DNA from: Candidatus Thorarchaeota archaeon
GTDB lineage: Archaea > Asgardarchaeota > Thorarchaeia > Thorarchaeales > Thorarchaeaceae
DNA length: 25,235 bases
Assembly: GCA_038893995.1 (NCBI GenBank)
Contig: JAWAQK010000036.1
Coordinates: forward strand, 1 to 25,235
Direction of reading: 5' to 3'
The position numbers and the translations under genes are program-made. Of this stretch, positions 25,155 through 25,235 are shown piece after piece; position 1 is the first letter of the stretch, and the number at the start of each line of letters is the position of its first letter. The notes under the pieces are model-generated. The model was not told the DNA's origin, did not search any database, and saw only the letters and a program-made list of their open reading frames with translations.

Positions 25155-25235
25155 ATGACAGTTTCAGCAGACGTCTGCAATCCCTTTCTACCTGAACCTG
25201 CGAGAATAGTCCGTCAATACGACCTTATCAAGAAT
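25155..25235 (+). CDS. N-terminus of the (sulf)hydrogenase gamma subunit (HydG/AsrB-like), truncated by window edge
   Basis: MTVSADVCNPFLPEPARIVRQYDLIKN (NPFLP..ARI typical of this subunit), GGAGGT RBS at 25140-25145, directly after the beta subunit. Confidence 0.72.
   Translation, partial: MTVSADVCNPFLPEPARIVRQYDLIKN

Noticed and set aside
1-25235. CRISPR array, IS element, prophage or tRNA gene
   Set aside because: No regularly spaced repeats, transposase, integrase or capsid motifs, or cloverleaf were found by eye

Overview
Archaeal chromosomal segment, most likely from an Asgard archaeon. Thorarchaeota is inferred from the archaeal-type 23S rRNA with a branched H98/ES39 expansion, the 'IDLxPL' leucine-rich-repeat proteins and a duplicated Lrp-like regulator; this was not confirmed by any search. 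The window holds a stand-alone 23S rRNA gene (about 3221-6305, no linked 16S, 5S or tRNA) enclosed by its own long processing stem, plus about 23 protein genes. These include transketolase (partial), a short bacterioferritin, a HEAT-repeat protein, a secreted protein/regulator/membrane hydrolase operon, a methyltransferase, two LRR proteins, ferredoxin + acyl-CoA dehydrogenase, an unannotated 55-aa Cys/His metal-binding ORF + nitroreductase, a possible membrane-tethered Zn-finger/wHTH protein, an RNase Z-like hydrolase, a short bacterial-type AlaRS, a C2HC-finger NYN RNase, a metallophosphoesterase (probable ATA start), an FAD-linked oxidase, a frameshifted gene and the start of a group 3b (sulf)hydrogenase operon. 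No CRISPR array, tRNA or mobile element was seen. No new system can be proven from sequence alone. The best leads are: (i) a Regnase-like RNase preceded by a tandem box C/D-like element; (ii) substitutions at near-invariant 23S positions (A2062U, SRL A2654G) with compensatory pair swaps; (iii) a switch-like structured leader and palindrome upstream of the hydrogenase operon; (iv) a candidate transmembrane one-component signalling protein.
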